Origin: Chrysomallon squamiferum
Lineage: Eukaryota; Animalia; Mollusca
DNA length: 64,000 nucleotides
Direction: 5' to 3'
NCBI GenBank assembly: GCA_012295275.1
Contig: CM022676.1
Span: forward strand, 17,422,001-17,486,000
The notes under the pieces are model-generated. The model was not told the origin of the DNA. It made no database searches and saw nothing but the letters and a program-made list of their open reading frames with translations. Every line of letters begins with the position of its first letter. The stretch's first letter is position 1. The translations under genes were made by a program, and so were the position numbers. Shown in pieces: positions 45,831-59,385 of this stretch.

Positions 45831-48800
45831 TAATAATGTTCTTAGACGTTTATAAGGGTCGCTGTTTAATGTATCAGATCCTCACAGTCAAACAATCTGG
45901 GTTTTTGGGTTTGTTATGTTTGTTCAAGTGAGCCGACAACTTTATTGTGTTGAATATCAGAGGCAAATTTGAATTACTGTCTGTTTGTCTGTGAGAACTT
46001 CTTAACAAGTATTCTCTACTTTTCAGCCCTAGATCTAAGATCACCTAAACGTGAACATAACTTTTATAATACAATCTTTGATGAAGCTTGGCATTTTCAT
46101 TTATTACGTTTATTTTCTAAAAGAAGAAGTGTTATATACTCGAGATCAGAGCGACATTTTAACTTTTCCACGACACCTGGCGTGACCTACCAGAGTTAAA
46201 TTTGTTCCTGCCTTAGCAGAATGAAAGTAATAGCACAATATACATTTTACAACTTTGAATCATTATTTTATTATTAATATTAATAGTATTATTATTATTA
46301 TTATTATTAGTGTTGTTGTTATTATTTTAAATTATCTTGAGTTCTATTATATAAACAGTCGGACACACACTGAAACACTCGTCTCTGTTAAACACAACTG
46401 TTCTTGTATAAACGCTACAACTGTTAAAAATACGACTTTCTCCACTGACCTGTGGTTCAGTCAGGTAGAATGAACTGAAAAACTGATCAGAGTAAAAATA
46501 CAAGTTTTAACTCTCTCTCTGAATACGCGCCACAGCTTCTTTTCTTAACATGAATCATTTATTTGCATAACACTGCGTTTTCCTCACTTATTACACATAA
46601 AATGAAGATAGTCGTCGTTGTATTCTGTTTTTGATATAAAATAAAAAGGTATATCTCGCACGACACGTTGTGTCTGCGTGTTCAATAAATTCTAATATTC
46701 GACATGAATCGCTTTGATATTGTAAAACATTTCTTAACACTTGTATTATGACAAATTTCAATCGTGAAACCCACAGCTATTTTACTCACTGGAGAAAACT
46801 ATTCTCACCGCTCTACAGTATAGAAGTAAACAATTTTTTAGAAATAACTTCTCAAAGACAGTAAAAAAAAAGGATTTTCAATTAATCAGTTTTGTAGCCA
46901 TGTTGAACTGGAAAGCAAACTTGTCTACAACATTCTGTAATAAATAATAATTCATGTACTTTTATCACGGAGACAATTATTTATTTATTTACTTACAAAC
47001 TTTTTACTTATTTACTTCTTTGTGTATTTGTTTTCATTTTGTAATGAAATAATGTATTATTATAATTATAATTTTTTTTTTTTTTCACTCCAGTATATTT
47101 TTAAAACTAATTATCTTATTAAGTTCTGATATGTAGTTAGTTCAATTCTTCTCGGTAACTCTAAAGTCACCAAGGAAGAATGGTGTGTAAAATCGTAGAA
47201 TCTACTGTACTTTTTGTATTAAAATATGTCAAGACACTGTTTAGATGATAAAACAAAATGTAACAAAGTTTAAATTTATTTTACTACGACACAATAACAT
47301 TTATTTGGATGGAATACAAGAATAATATGAAACAAATTTTATACTTTGATTTAACTGATTTTTTTTTTTATATTTTCAATCATTTGATTTCTTATTCTTT
47401 CACTCAAGTTTCATTCATCCGTTCATACATTCACCAGTTAGATTTATGAAAATAATTTATTTTATTTGTGTAACTTATTATATATATATTTACATTTTAT
47501 TGTTATTGTCATAACTGTTGTTATTATTATTAATAATAATATTATTTATTTATTTATTTATTTATTTATTATTTCTTTATATTTTCTGTCGAAACTGACT
47601 GGTACAGGGTTATGGTTGGATTATGTTAAGAAATGTGTTAGGATAGTATTAAGTCTAGAATGATAGTGGGGGAGGTGTTAGGATTAGGGTTTAGGCTATG
47701 GACAGACAGTGAGACGAAATTAATCATAAACTTAATCACAGGCTTAGGTGCACAGATGTAGAGCTAACATTCAGATAAGTAATATCAGAAACGTTCTTGT
47801 ATTTAGAGTTAATTCGGGGATAGTATTAGCATTGGTTTAAGGTTAAATATAAAGATAAAATTAATAATTCCTATAAATATTTTCATGTATGAAAAATATC
47901 CTGTTTGAAAACCATCCTGAATTAACACTACCCTCTACAACTCACCAATCTCTGAAATATGTGGAATTTGATGCTGAAAGAGAAACCACTTTGAAACGCT
48001 CATTCAACTAACTCAACACCCTATGAACCCTCTTTTGGCCTCATCTTACAACCCTCTTTATGTCTGTCATGACCTGTTTTCTACACCATTTCTCCCACCT
48101 GTAACGCTCTCTTTATCTGTACTGTCAATACACATTTTAACATCGAACCAGACTGCTTCAAAAGCATTACAATAAGAGTGTTCTAAAAGCCTTTTTATGA
48201 ATAACTGAACTTATCCTTTTTCTGCTTTTCTTAGCCTTTTATATCACTCCTTTATATCATGATGGTTTTTTTATGAGACGTTACAAAGGTACACTGTTAT
48301 GAGTCGTACTAATTTTAAATAAGAAACAATTTAATAATAATAATACATTCAAACAATTTCACTCTCTGCCTACTTCAGATTGAAGCTTAGGTGTCCATGT
48401 TTTCACCACAAATATACATTAATAATAGCAATAGTAGTAGTATTAGTAGTAGCAGTAGTAGTAGTAGTAGTAATAATAATAATAATAATAATAGTGATAG
48501 TGATAATAATAATAAGAATAATAATAATGGTGATAGTGATAATAATAATAATAATAATTAGTATTATTTTTCCTCCTTCTATTCCATTTTTCCTTTCTTT
48601 TTTCCTTCCTTTCATTCGGTCCTTCAATCTTATTTAATTTTCGATTTTATCGGTCACTCGTTCCAACCAGTATAAGAAAAGTAATTATTTCGAATGTGTT
48701 TAAGTGTTCCATTTCCTTCGTATAGAAATAGTACAAAGTACGTAGTACTGTGATTACTATATTTATCTTCACACGAACTCTTATAATAATCTGCTGTAGT

Positions 48801-49761
48801 AATGAATGAACACAAGTTTAGTCAAAGTCCTGTAAATTTCATTGAGAACGACTAGTGAGTTGCCATACTGCTCGAATGTGGTGCTCTCTCTAATATGGTG
48901 GAAACTGATGCTGAATCACGACCTCAAAAACCCATAATAAATTATTCTTTTTCATCTAAACAGTAAAGACTTACATTTTTGTGAATACTTGAATCCATTA
49001 TAGTTAAATGTGTTTTGTTTATAGGACCGCCAAATAGACCTTGATCAGTGTGTGTTAGTTGCTTCCTGATAAAGCGTGTTTTGTATAATGCAGATATTTT
49101 GGGAGATATCTGTTTTCCAGTAACTCATGAACCAGGAATTAAAAAGAAAAAACAATGTATACATGTTTGGGTGTTCAGCTATTATTTTTCATTTATTGAG
49201 TATATTTTGAATTTGAATTTTAAAATTAATTATTTTGTAGAACAGAATCAGAATTGAAAATTTCTTACAATTACCAGAATTTGTCATCAGTATTTCTTAA
49301 TATAAATAAGTAATAATTTAAATGATATAGTATTAATGTAAAATGAAAAAGGATGTCAATTTCACTATTGTTAGATGATATAAATTTGTTGAACTCATAA
49401 AATACAAATAAACGTTTAAATGTTCAATTAGGCTTAATAAAGTTTTAGATGTTTAAAAATCTGAGACTTATTACGTCAGTCATCAAATTATCTTACATAA
49501 TCACGTTCCCATTCTCAGGAAATGCATTTTTAGATAAATGAAGAGACATTTCTTTCGTTACAAATTTGTTTTTCTCGAGTAGTTACGATCACCGCCAAGT
49601 ACAGCAATAACCGTTATTGAGACGTGCTATGAATTACGATGAATAGATCTCTTTCTGTGTTTCGTCAACAGAAACACATGTTAGTTTAATTGCTAAATAC
49701 ATTTGAATAGAAAACATAATACAGCGGTCTTACCCTTGCTGAACGGCTTGTACGATAGTTG

Positions 49762-49900
49762 ATTTCAGTCACGTTTTCTGCGCAGACGGTTGCTAACAAC
49801 AAAAAATAAGTTTTCAGTTCCAGCTAAACAACTCAGAGACAAGGACGTGTTTGACACAAGAAGACAGCCATTTTGATATTTGAAGGCATTTGAAGGTGTT
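49762..49900 (+). promoter_or_regulatory. Inr+DPE core promoter and non-coding first exon (copy 2)
   Basis: Inr TCAGTT with A+1 at 49816; GGACGT at 49843 (+28); YY1-like cagccattttg; tttgaag|GC at 49885/6, and a 10-bp duplication gives tttgaag|GT at 49895/6. Confidence 0.6.
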
Positions 49901-49974
49901 TGATATTTTCTTAACATGTAATGCATTTCTGTTAGTTCGTTTAAAGAAATCAGCCACAATTAATCCTGTGTAGT

Positions 49975-50439
49975 ATTTAGCATTGCTATAGATTACTGTG
50001 TGAAAGTTGTTAAATGAATCGGTACAACGTAAACGATTATTTCAGTGTCGGTTTGTTCATCAATGTATAATTGTTTATTTGTCAGGAGCGGACGCAGTAG
50101 TTGTTGTAACAGTATTAGTAGTAGTAGTGGTGTTAAACTAATTCAATTGTCGTCATCATCATCATCATCATCGTCATATTCTTCATCATCATTCTGACAT
50201 AGTTCTATGGGCTAGCTGCATCTTATGCATATTTTTGTCTGTTTACTTTATTTAATTTTATTATGTTTTATGTATTTATTTCATTTTATTTTATTTTACT
50301 TATTTATTTATATCTAATATCACTGATTTATAATGGAATCGTTAAATATAATGTAGTCGTTTCTAAGAAATTGTCCAGTTTGACACCGATATATTTTTAA
50401 ATTAATAGTTACACTTGTTTTTCCTGTTTTTTCTTTTTC

Positions 50440-50509
<70 letters not shown>

Positions 50510-51010
50510 GATTATGATTATTATTATTATTATTATTTAGCATTGCTATAGATTACTGTGTGGAAGTTGTTAAATGAGTCTGTACAACGTAAACTATTAT
50601 TTCAGTGTCGGTTTGTTCATCAGTGTATAAGTGTTTATATGTCTGGAGCGGACGTAGTAGTAGTTGCAACAGTATTAGTAGTAGTAGTAGTGTTAAACTA
50701 ATTCAATTATCATCATCATCATCATCATCAATATCATCATGGTCATCATATTCATCATCATCATTCTGACCTAGTTCTATGTGCTAGCTGCATCTTATGC
50801 ATATTTTTGTCTATCTATTTACTTTAATTTTATTATGTTTTATGTATTTGTTTCATTTTATTTTATTTTATTTTACTTATTTATTTACATCTAATATCAC
50901 TGATTTATAACAGAATTGTTAAACAGAATGTAGTCGTTTCTAAGAAATTGTCCAGTTTGACACCGATATCTTTTTAAATTAATAGTTACACTTGTTTTTC
51001 ATGACTTTTG
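49975..51010. repeat. ~560-bp tandem duplication
   Basis: tatttagcattgctatagattactgtg at about 49974 and 50534, collinear to tagttacacttgtttttc; the copies are joined through (TTA)n. Confidence 0.93.
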
Positions 51011-51015
51011 TGTTA

Positions 51016-51052
<37 letters not shown>

Positions 51053-52639
51053 GTACATTTTATAACACAGATATATACAATGCAATATAATAGGACTACA
51101 TAAAAACTTATTTAATCAGGAAAAATGCTTGTAAGATGAGTGTACACGTCTCTTAGCACGATTTGTTATTTTAATCTTAGATTCAAACCCAATACAGTAA
51201 AACTTGATGACGTAAAGATGTTTGACGTCAGTCACGTGTTTATCAGTGGAGGATTTTGATAATTAAAAGGAAACAAAACAAAAGTAAAAAAAAGTGGGAC
51301 ATATCGAAAATGGATGATATATTAGATTTTATTATGTTTTAACGATTCGACTCTTTTTAGTTCCATTACGTTTAGTTATATCAGAGTTAGTTCTCTAACA
51401 AATAGATCATTATATCCTGAGGTTTTTACTTTTTTTTTTTTTCAAATTGATTTGAAAATCATTACGTACCGCCTTACTTGAAAATATATTGTCCGATAAC
51501 GAAATTATAGTTATCTTTCTGGTTTTTGGAACTTGCGTACGAAGAATTTAATAACTATACTGTCTCATATACTTGTATTATTTGCTATTTTCTTTTTTAT
51601 TTGGTTTATTGGAACTAATTTGGTTGTTGTACATATTTGTAGAAATGAATGGGCAATATATTTACTTACTTTAGTGTACATACAGGTTAATTACGAGATG
51701 CTAGACTGTATTACAGATACTTTGAAAAACTGCATGTTAATTGTACATAATATAAAAATATTATAATGAGTAAAAACGGAAATAGCTACAAGCGGATTCT
51801 AAAAGTAGGTATAACTTAAATCGCAATCCGTGGCTTAGTAAATAAGTTACGACCAATTTTCCAACTTAAACAACAACAGAAAACTGTATATTTAAATATC
51901 ACTGAGAAATCTTTCCACAACTTGATCGAGTCCTTATTAGGGTGTAGTCAAGGGCCCTTCTGCGGTTTACCGTCATAATTGTATTATTTTATACTGTATT
52001 TTATGTGGTGAAATGAAAAAAAATAAATAAATAAAGAAAAATGAATAAAGAAAGAAAAAAACAAAGAAAGAAACCAAATACTATTAAATAAATAAAATGT
52101 AATAAGTGAAATATAAGTAAATAATTTAAAGAAAATAAAGATAAAAGTACCTGAATTAAAAATTTAAATAATAACAAGTGATGAGTATAAGTAATAATAT
52201 TTGAACAATGCTTTTTCTTTTTCTTTCTTTGTTGTTGTTTTTTCATTTTGTATATATATATATATGAATACAAAAAATAATCAACGTGGTGTTTCTCATT
52301 TCTGTGCTTAGGTCGCTTTGACTCATAACATGTACGAATAAAAGGGCGTCCCCTATTTTACGATTCACAATTATATTGCATTTTTCACGATCCTAGGTAT
52401 AACGTTTCTTCTCTCCAGTACTATTAACACGCTGTTTTTATCTGACCTACATAAGAGACACTTGTTAGCGATCAGGTTTTCATCAATATAACGTGGAAAA
52501 TAAAGATAGATAATTTTCAGGCAAAATAAATAATATATATAGTTAACAGGTTTCAAAGGCAAGTTACATTATACGGGACACATTGCATGTAATAAAATAT
52601 GTGCATTTATTTACCGCTAAAGGTGGCGTGAAATCTGAT

Positions 52640-52800
52640 TTCAGTCACGTGTTCACGAGCAGACGACATTGTAAACAGCGATACACAGAAGATATTTCAG
52701 TGACGTGTCAAACAGGACGTTGTTAGTTCCAGGAAAACACTCACCAAGCAAGGACGTACTGTTTTTTTCCAGACGGATATTTGGAAATTTGAAGGTATTT
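52640..52800 (+). promoter_or_regulatory. Inr+DPE core promoter and 70-nt non-coding first exon (copy 3)
   Basis: GTCACGTG and TGACGTG upstream; Inr TTAGTT with A+1 at 52725; GGACGT at 52752-52757 (+28..+33); exon ends tttgaag at 52794, then GTATTT; no ATG in the exon. Confidence 0.7.
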
Positions 52801-53168
52801 TGTATTTTATTGTAATTTAATATATGCTGTACTATTAGTACTTTTACTTAAATCAGACCAGACATATTGAATTAGTAATCTATTTTCTCAAAGCTATACA
52901 TTTTTTGTGTGAATTTTCATAAACCATGTTTTTTTTATTTTATTTTATTTAATTTTATTTTTTTTTTTTTTTTGTTATACCTAACACACTGATTTATGAG
53001 AAATATCGAAGAATATTTAATAATAACAACACCAGCAACAACAATAATAAAAACATAATCAGAAATAAAAATAATAATGGTGTCGTCATTATAATAATAA
53101 TTATTATTCTATTAGTAGTAGTAGTAGCAGTTGCAGTAGCAGTAGTTGTAATAACTATCACCTGAATA

Positions 53169-53511
53169 CAGGTACCGGACCAATTATCGGGACGCCATGG
53201 GGCCTGAGGCATTCCGAATTTATGGATCTTCCGGTTTTCTGGTACCAAGGCATCTATATTCCTAAATAATTAGGCATAAACATTTGAAAATTAAAAAATA
53301 TATAAAGAAGTAAAATTGACGATACACAACTGTGGCGACTCGACACGTAAACAATGCGGCGAGTGAATGAACAGCACTGGGTTTGAAAGAGTAGTTCTAG
53401 TTTGGTGAGGACAAAACCCGCGCGCTCAAAGTGTGAAAATTGTGTCGGGACAAAGTTCACTTTTCTGGTCTTTCGGGATTTCAGGACGCCGGATAATTGG
53501 TTCGGTATCTG
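53169..53511. mobile_element. Tc1/mariner-pogo-type MITE, 343 bp, TA TSD
   Basis: TA|CAGGTACCGGACCAATTATCGG ... CGGATAATTGGTTCGGTATCTG|TA: TIRs of about 22 bp with 3 mismatches. Confidence 0.85.
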
Positions 53512-53599
53512 TAGAGTTCAATGTATCGTTTATAGTTTATTCTATATCCGATTACTTTGTGTCATTTTATTTATTTATTTATTTATTTATTTGTCATAG

Positions 53600-53679
53600 A
53601 TCCCTGATTTCTGTGATCACTAGCAGAGTTAAACAGAAATTACTCGTTTCTCAGAAATTATCAATCAGAAATTGTTTAG
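53600..53679 (+). other. Candidate non-coding (5' UTR) internal exon
   Basis: T-rich tract plus catag acceptor, consensus donor tttag|GTAAGT, no ATG. Decayed look-alikes at about 36572-36656 and 55840-55910. Confidence 0.5.
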
Positions 53680-53738
53680 GTAAGTAACTAATTAGAAACT
53701 TGTATGTATTTTATATTGTGTTAATTTAATTTAATTTA

Positions 53739-53781
<43 letters not shown>

Positions 53782-54644
53782 TTATTTTATTTTATTTATT
53801 TATTTATTTATTTTTGTGTGTTCATCTCAGTCTTTCTTTGTTTCTTCATTAGCTCCTTCATTCTTATCTCACGTTCCTATTGGAATATCACCCGTTCCAA
53901 CCAGTGTATAATATATTATTTTATATTTTTTTATCGCTGATATTGATATACATATAATAAACAGTATTGCAGCGTGAGGCTTTTTAAAGATATTGAACGT
54001 GCCAACAGAAGATTTGATAATATTATCTCATATAATAGTATTGTTTTCTATTTACGAGTTTGTTAGTTTGTTCTATTTATTGGAAATATTTGGGTTGTCT
54101 ATATCGTCTGTATTGAAATAATGACAAATGTAAATAATTTCTTATTTTTACGGTTTATTTCTACACTTATGGGCAGAGCTTTTGTTAACAATGAATTTGT
54201 CAGATCGTTGTAAATAACACCCGAGTATACCTTTGTGTTTCTCATATAGCAGTGACACGCTATTTTTATCTGACCTACATTACAAACAAACGTCACGTGT
54301 TAGCTTAACTTGATATACTGGTCAAACAAGCATCGTCAGAGAAATAAAATATGTACACATATATTTAGTGTACTGTAACATTTATTTCTTATTAGTTTTA
54401 TTGTTTTTACTCTTGTTTCAATTATTATTATTATTATTATTATTATTGTTGTTGTTATTATTATTATTATCATTATACAGTTTTTAGAATTTACGTATGA
54501 ACAATGCAGTCTAGTACTACTTAATATATTGAATTGTTGTAATCAATTTTAAAGAAGATTTGTGTAAGATGAGTATACATATATCTCGTAGCACGATTTC
54601 TTTATATTAAACTGACATTGAAACCTAACAACGTGACACTTGAT

Positions 54645-54861
54645 CAGTGTCGTGTGGAGGTCTGGTGAAGTCCGGGGCCAACTCCTTGATTGTAATTCCC
54701 AAAGATTCAAGTACAAGGCCTAGCACTGAGGAATAGTATGAGAAAGGAAGATATTTTGAATACGTAAACAGAGATGAAACATAAACACTTTATTCGATTT
54801 AAATATAAATCTGGATGCACGGTGCCAGAGCCCCTTCGGTCCCCACCTCTGCACGCCACTG
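54645..54861. mobile_element. hAT-like MITE, 217 bp, 8-bp TSD
   Basis: cacttgat|CAGTGTCGTGTGGAGG ... CCTCTGCACGCCACTG|ctcttgat; the paralogous site at about 51200 (aacttgatgacgt) is empty. Confidence 0.85.
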
Positions 54862-55913
54862 CTCTTGATGACGTGTAAAATATATGACGTCACTCGCGTG
54901 TTTATCAGTGGAAGATTTTCAGAACCAAAAGTAGACACAGCAGAAATAAAACAAGTCGGCCATATAGAAAGTCTATGCTATATATTTTTTTCTTCTGTTT
55001 TAACTATTCCAGTGTTCTTAATTTATTACTAAATATATCAGAGTTTGTTCTCTAACAAATAGATTATTTAAGTGTGAGGTTTTCTAAATTGAAATGAAAT
55101 ACGGTTACGTATATACTGACTTTAGTATGCTCTTATTATTATTATTGTTAGTAGTAGCAGTCATAGTAGTAATATCTTTAATACTAGTACTACTACTGTT
55201 ACTACCCTATTAAAGCCATTATTTTTTTTATTGATATAGTTTGCTATTTATTGCTTACTTTATTTCATTTTGTTTTATTTTATTTTAATTTTAATTCATT
55301 TATTCTTAGATCGGTGATAGCGGTGATCTACAGATGAGTCGGCAGACGGAAAATAGTCGCTCAAATAAATTGTCCATCAGCAATTTCAAATTAGAACGTA
55401 TTTTAAATTGTTTTCTATTGCAAAAATATCGCATTGTTTCTGTTTTTATTTTATTTTTTATTTTATTATTATTATTTTTTTATTAATATATTTTGTTCTT
55501 TAGCGTTTCTTTTTAGATCTGTCACTGACGGATAATTTTGCTGACTTTTTGTGAAGTAAATTGGTATAAATGACCACAAGTACATTGCGATATGAAAAAA
55601 AGTTTCTCCCACAGTGAAATTCTTCATACCTCATTGGCCACTCACCTCTGTTTATAATACTAATGATAATAATAATTATTATTTTTGTCTTCGTCCTCAT
55701 CATAGTAATCATTACCATAACCACAAGGTATTTCTTTTTTATCCTTTATTTATCCGATATTTTTCTTTCTTTCCTTATCTTTTATTAATTAATTAATTTA
55801 TTTATTTATTTTTTAGTTAGTTATTTATTTATTTTTGGATCTCTGATCTCAGTGTTCAGTAGTAGAGGCGTTAAACAGAAAGTAGTCGGTTTTTAGAAAT
55901 TATCTTAGTTTGA

Positions 55914-55967
<54 letters not shown>

Positions 55968-56071
55968 CGGTTTTGGAATATGTCCGTGAACAGGTTATAT
56001 GTACATGGAAATATTTTAAAATTATTTTTAGTATGAGGCTATTATTATTATTATTATTATCAGTAGTAGAT

Positions 56072-56108
<37 letters not shown>

Positions 56109-56283
56109 TAGTAGTAAGTTTTTGATGTTATATTTTTATTTGATTCATATTTATTTGATTTTTTGATCACTTTACATTTAATTTAATTATTTTAATTTAA
56201 TTTGACTTAATTGTTTTTTTTTCTATGAATAGACGCAGTTCCATGTGTGAACGGTTTCTTTTTTCATTTCTGTCACTACTCCA

Positions 56284-56383
<100 letters not shown>

Positions 56384-56413
56384 GTTGTTGTTGTTGTTGT
56401 TATTTGTTTCTAG

Positions 56414-57368
56414 TGAAAACATGGCCACCTCATTGTCGTCACAGACTGCGTGCGTCATGCTGGAACAAGCTCACCGGTCTAATCAACATGATGTAAGAAA
56501 AGAAACGTTGGACTATATTTTGAAAAATGGCGACGAAGTTTTGAAGTCAGATGAAGTCACCGATCTTTGTCACAAATGTCTGGTTGAGATCGTACGATCA
56601 GACGAACTGACAGCAGACGAGAAAAATGTTTTTGAAGCCGCTGTGAAGTGGGCTGACAGCGCCTGCAGGAAGCAAGGAAGAGAGACAAATGGACAGAACA
56701 TGCGCGAAGCACTGGGAGAGGTCGTGAACCACGTGCGTTATCCATTACTCGATCAGACGTATTTTGTAGAACACGTGACACCCACTCACATACTAACTGA
56801 GACAGAAGAACTCAAGATTTTGAGACACTTGGTGAGGAGTGATGAAGATGTTTCACCTTTTAACTCAAACAAGAGAACTGTAATGATGACACAGATTACA
56901 ATAAACAGATTTGGTAAGTCTGTTTACTACTGTTCATTTTCAGATGAAGTAGATCACTCCATTACTTTCTCTGTCAACAAAAACGCTTTACTTCGCGGAT
57001 TTCAGTTGTACGGTTACCGTGAACCACTAAACTACGAAGTCAGCGCCTTCCTCACTGACACAAGAACAGACGAAATACTTGACGGGTCTACGCTGACACA
57101 GAGATATGAAGACGTCGCGTCTGAAGTGTATGACGTCGTGTTCAGACGTCCAGTGAAGATTACCAAAAACACTGAGTACAGCTTGTTTGTTAATGTTAAG
57201 CGAGGAGCTACAATGCGCGGATGGTGGGGACTTGATGGTAAATCAGAAGTAGTTGTAGACTCTTTTGTTTGTAGATTTTCTGAGTCACACAAATCTGAAC
57301 ACAGTGACAGACAACTTTGTACACGTGTGACAGACGGACAAATACCTGCTTTGTTATTGTTAGTCTAA
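56414..57368 (+). CDS. BACK + PHR domain coding exon, BTBD1/2/3/6-like (BTB domain not present in this exon)
   Basis: Acceptor tttgtttctag ends at 56413; in-frame ATG at 56421 (aaacATGG); open to TAA at 57366-57368. BACK motifs: ACVMLEQA, LCHKCLVEIVRSDELTADEKNVFEAAVKWADSAC, MREALGEVVNHVRYPLL. PHR motifs: INRF, ITFSVNK..LRGFQLYG, VVFRRPVKI, C-terminal TRVTDGQIPALL (compare BTBD1 GQIPEIIF). The poly-Leu start of the track ORF comes from an intronic (TTA)n. Confidence 0.93.
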
Positions 57369-57752
57369 AAAACAACATCGTTCAAACACTGTCACTTTTA
57401 GTCGTCACTGGCCTAACATTTTTATTTTTATTTATGTATTGATTCGTTTATTTATTGATTGATTTATTTTGTTTATATTTTTCTGATGACGTGAGACAGC
57501 AGTGATGACGTCAGAGACACTTGATTTGATTTGAAATTTTTATAATGGACTGATTTGTGTCAAACAAACGAGTAAAATGTATGTTAACATCTCACTGATT
57601 TATTATTTATTTATTTGTTATCTATTTGTTTATTTATTTATTTATGTATTTATTGAAGTATATCTAATGTTTTTTTGTTTGTATATAAAACGTAATATTA
57701 CTATTTTTTGCTTCATTTGTACTTTTTTTATTTCGGTTTAAAATGTTTATAA

Positions 57753-57758
57753 AATAAA
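57753..57758 (+). terminator. Candidate poly(A) signal of the BACK-PHR gene
   Basis: AATAAA about 385 nt after the stop codon. Weak on its own because the region is AT-rich. Confidence 0.4.
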
Positions 57759-58164
57759 ATGTAGATAAATTCTACATGTACTCACTGACTCTTGGAAATG
57801 AAATACAAGAACTGTTATTTGATTTATTTATCCATTTTCTTTTATTAAGATTTATATTAAATATGTAAGTAAATTAGATTATCTTTCGCATTTACTGATT
57901 GTTTGTTTATGTATAAGATGTATATAAAGTAAATGCATATAAATATTTATCATAAATTTTTCTTCACTTATTTTTTGTGTTTAGAATGTAAAAAGAAAAA
58001 TTACAGATATAAAAATCAAGTTTTATTATTATTTGTTTGGTAATATTTTTCCTTTCTGCATACAGCGTGTAATATATAAAGATGTTGTGAGACAGGATTC
58101 CAGAGCAGATCCTATAAATGTACATTTATGTGTGTAATCTGTTCTCTGTCTGTTTAACAAGAAG

Positions 58165-58287
<123 letters not shown>

Positions 58288-58942
58288 TGTATAATAAACA
58301 AAACAAAATATACTTTATGAAAGAGTTATGAAAATGGTGAGAAATTCCCAGGCTAATATATTATGAACAAAACTTTGAAAAATCCGGATCTCTCTACTTT
58401 GGATATCTGGTATAAATTCAAGAACAAAAGAACATTTTATACAGAAATTAGGATTGTCAATAACTGCACTCAGTGTTTTCAAGTACAATGATTTGTTACT
58501 AAAATGACAACTATTAGCAGGTAATTAGACTACCGCGTGCAAAGATGAAATGATCGCACTTTGTGAAATCTTAATAAACAATGATTCCAAGCTTCACGTA
58601 ATCACTATACGCGGCATCCTCCCAACAGTCATCTGGTCAGTAATCACACAATTTGGAAAGCAGGCAAGCAGTAAGTAAGCTGGGCACCCCTGTGTGGAGA
58701 ATGATCAACTAGTGTTGGGTAATTGTTGTAATCACAACTCCGGAGGGCGGCATGTGTTCAAGGTTACTCCAGTTCTATGTAAAGGAGTTTGAATGAAATA
58801 TATATAAAAAATATATATATGTATATATATATTTAACACGAATTCCAATTGTTAAGTACTGTTCTCAGATTATAGTGAGTTTACTCAATTAGTAGCTTTT
58901 GAGACATTTGCATATATACATATAACTCAAGAATGTCAAACC

Positions 58943-59385
58943 TTGGAACACTTGCACAATGCTTGGACTTTACAAAGTGGAGTATTCATTGCCCCAAGTC
59001 AAATTAGATATCACCTCTACAACAAAAACGCTGCTCGAGAGACTTGTACTCATTGGAAATGTGTCATCAAGACTTGCAATGGAACACCACTGACCACACC
59101 CACCCATCACAAGATTCAGAGTCTCTGAAGTTCCTCAGCACTATGTGAAAGTGGGCCAGAGAAGAAACAACACCGTTGAATGCTGTTTACAATGAAGAAA
59201 GAGTCAGACATGACCCGGATCAAGTCCGAATATTCCCATTATTCCCCAGCATGAGCAGCGCACTGTAACACATCGACTGATCCCTGCACTTCCCCTCACA
59301 AAACCCGACGTGCACCTTACTGGAGAATCGACAGTGACTGCTGATAGCCACCCTTTCCCCTTGACTGCTGATGGAAAACAGACTA
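58943..59385 (+). mobile_element. FLYWCH-MULE transposase relic (N-terminal part)
   Basis: YHLYNKN..THWKCVIKTCNG (FLYWCH-like), then after a frameshift KFLSTM*KWAREETTPLNAVYNEE..FPLFPSMSSAL*..IPALPLTKPDVHLTGESTVTADSHPF, the typical linker before the MULE domain. Stops and frameshifts present; no catalytic core seen. Confidence 0.75.

Noticed and set aside
48850-48965. VAILLECGALSNMVE as an ankyrin or BTB fragment
   Set aside because: Short, flanked by stops, with no convincing splice sites or further motif.
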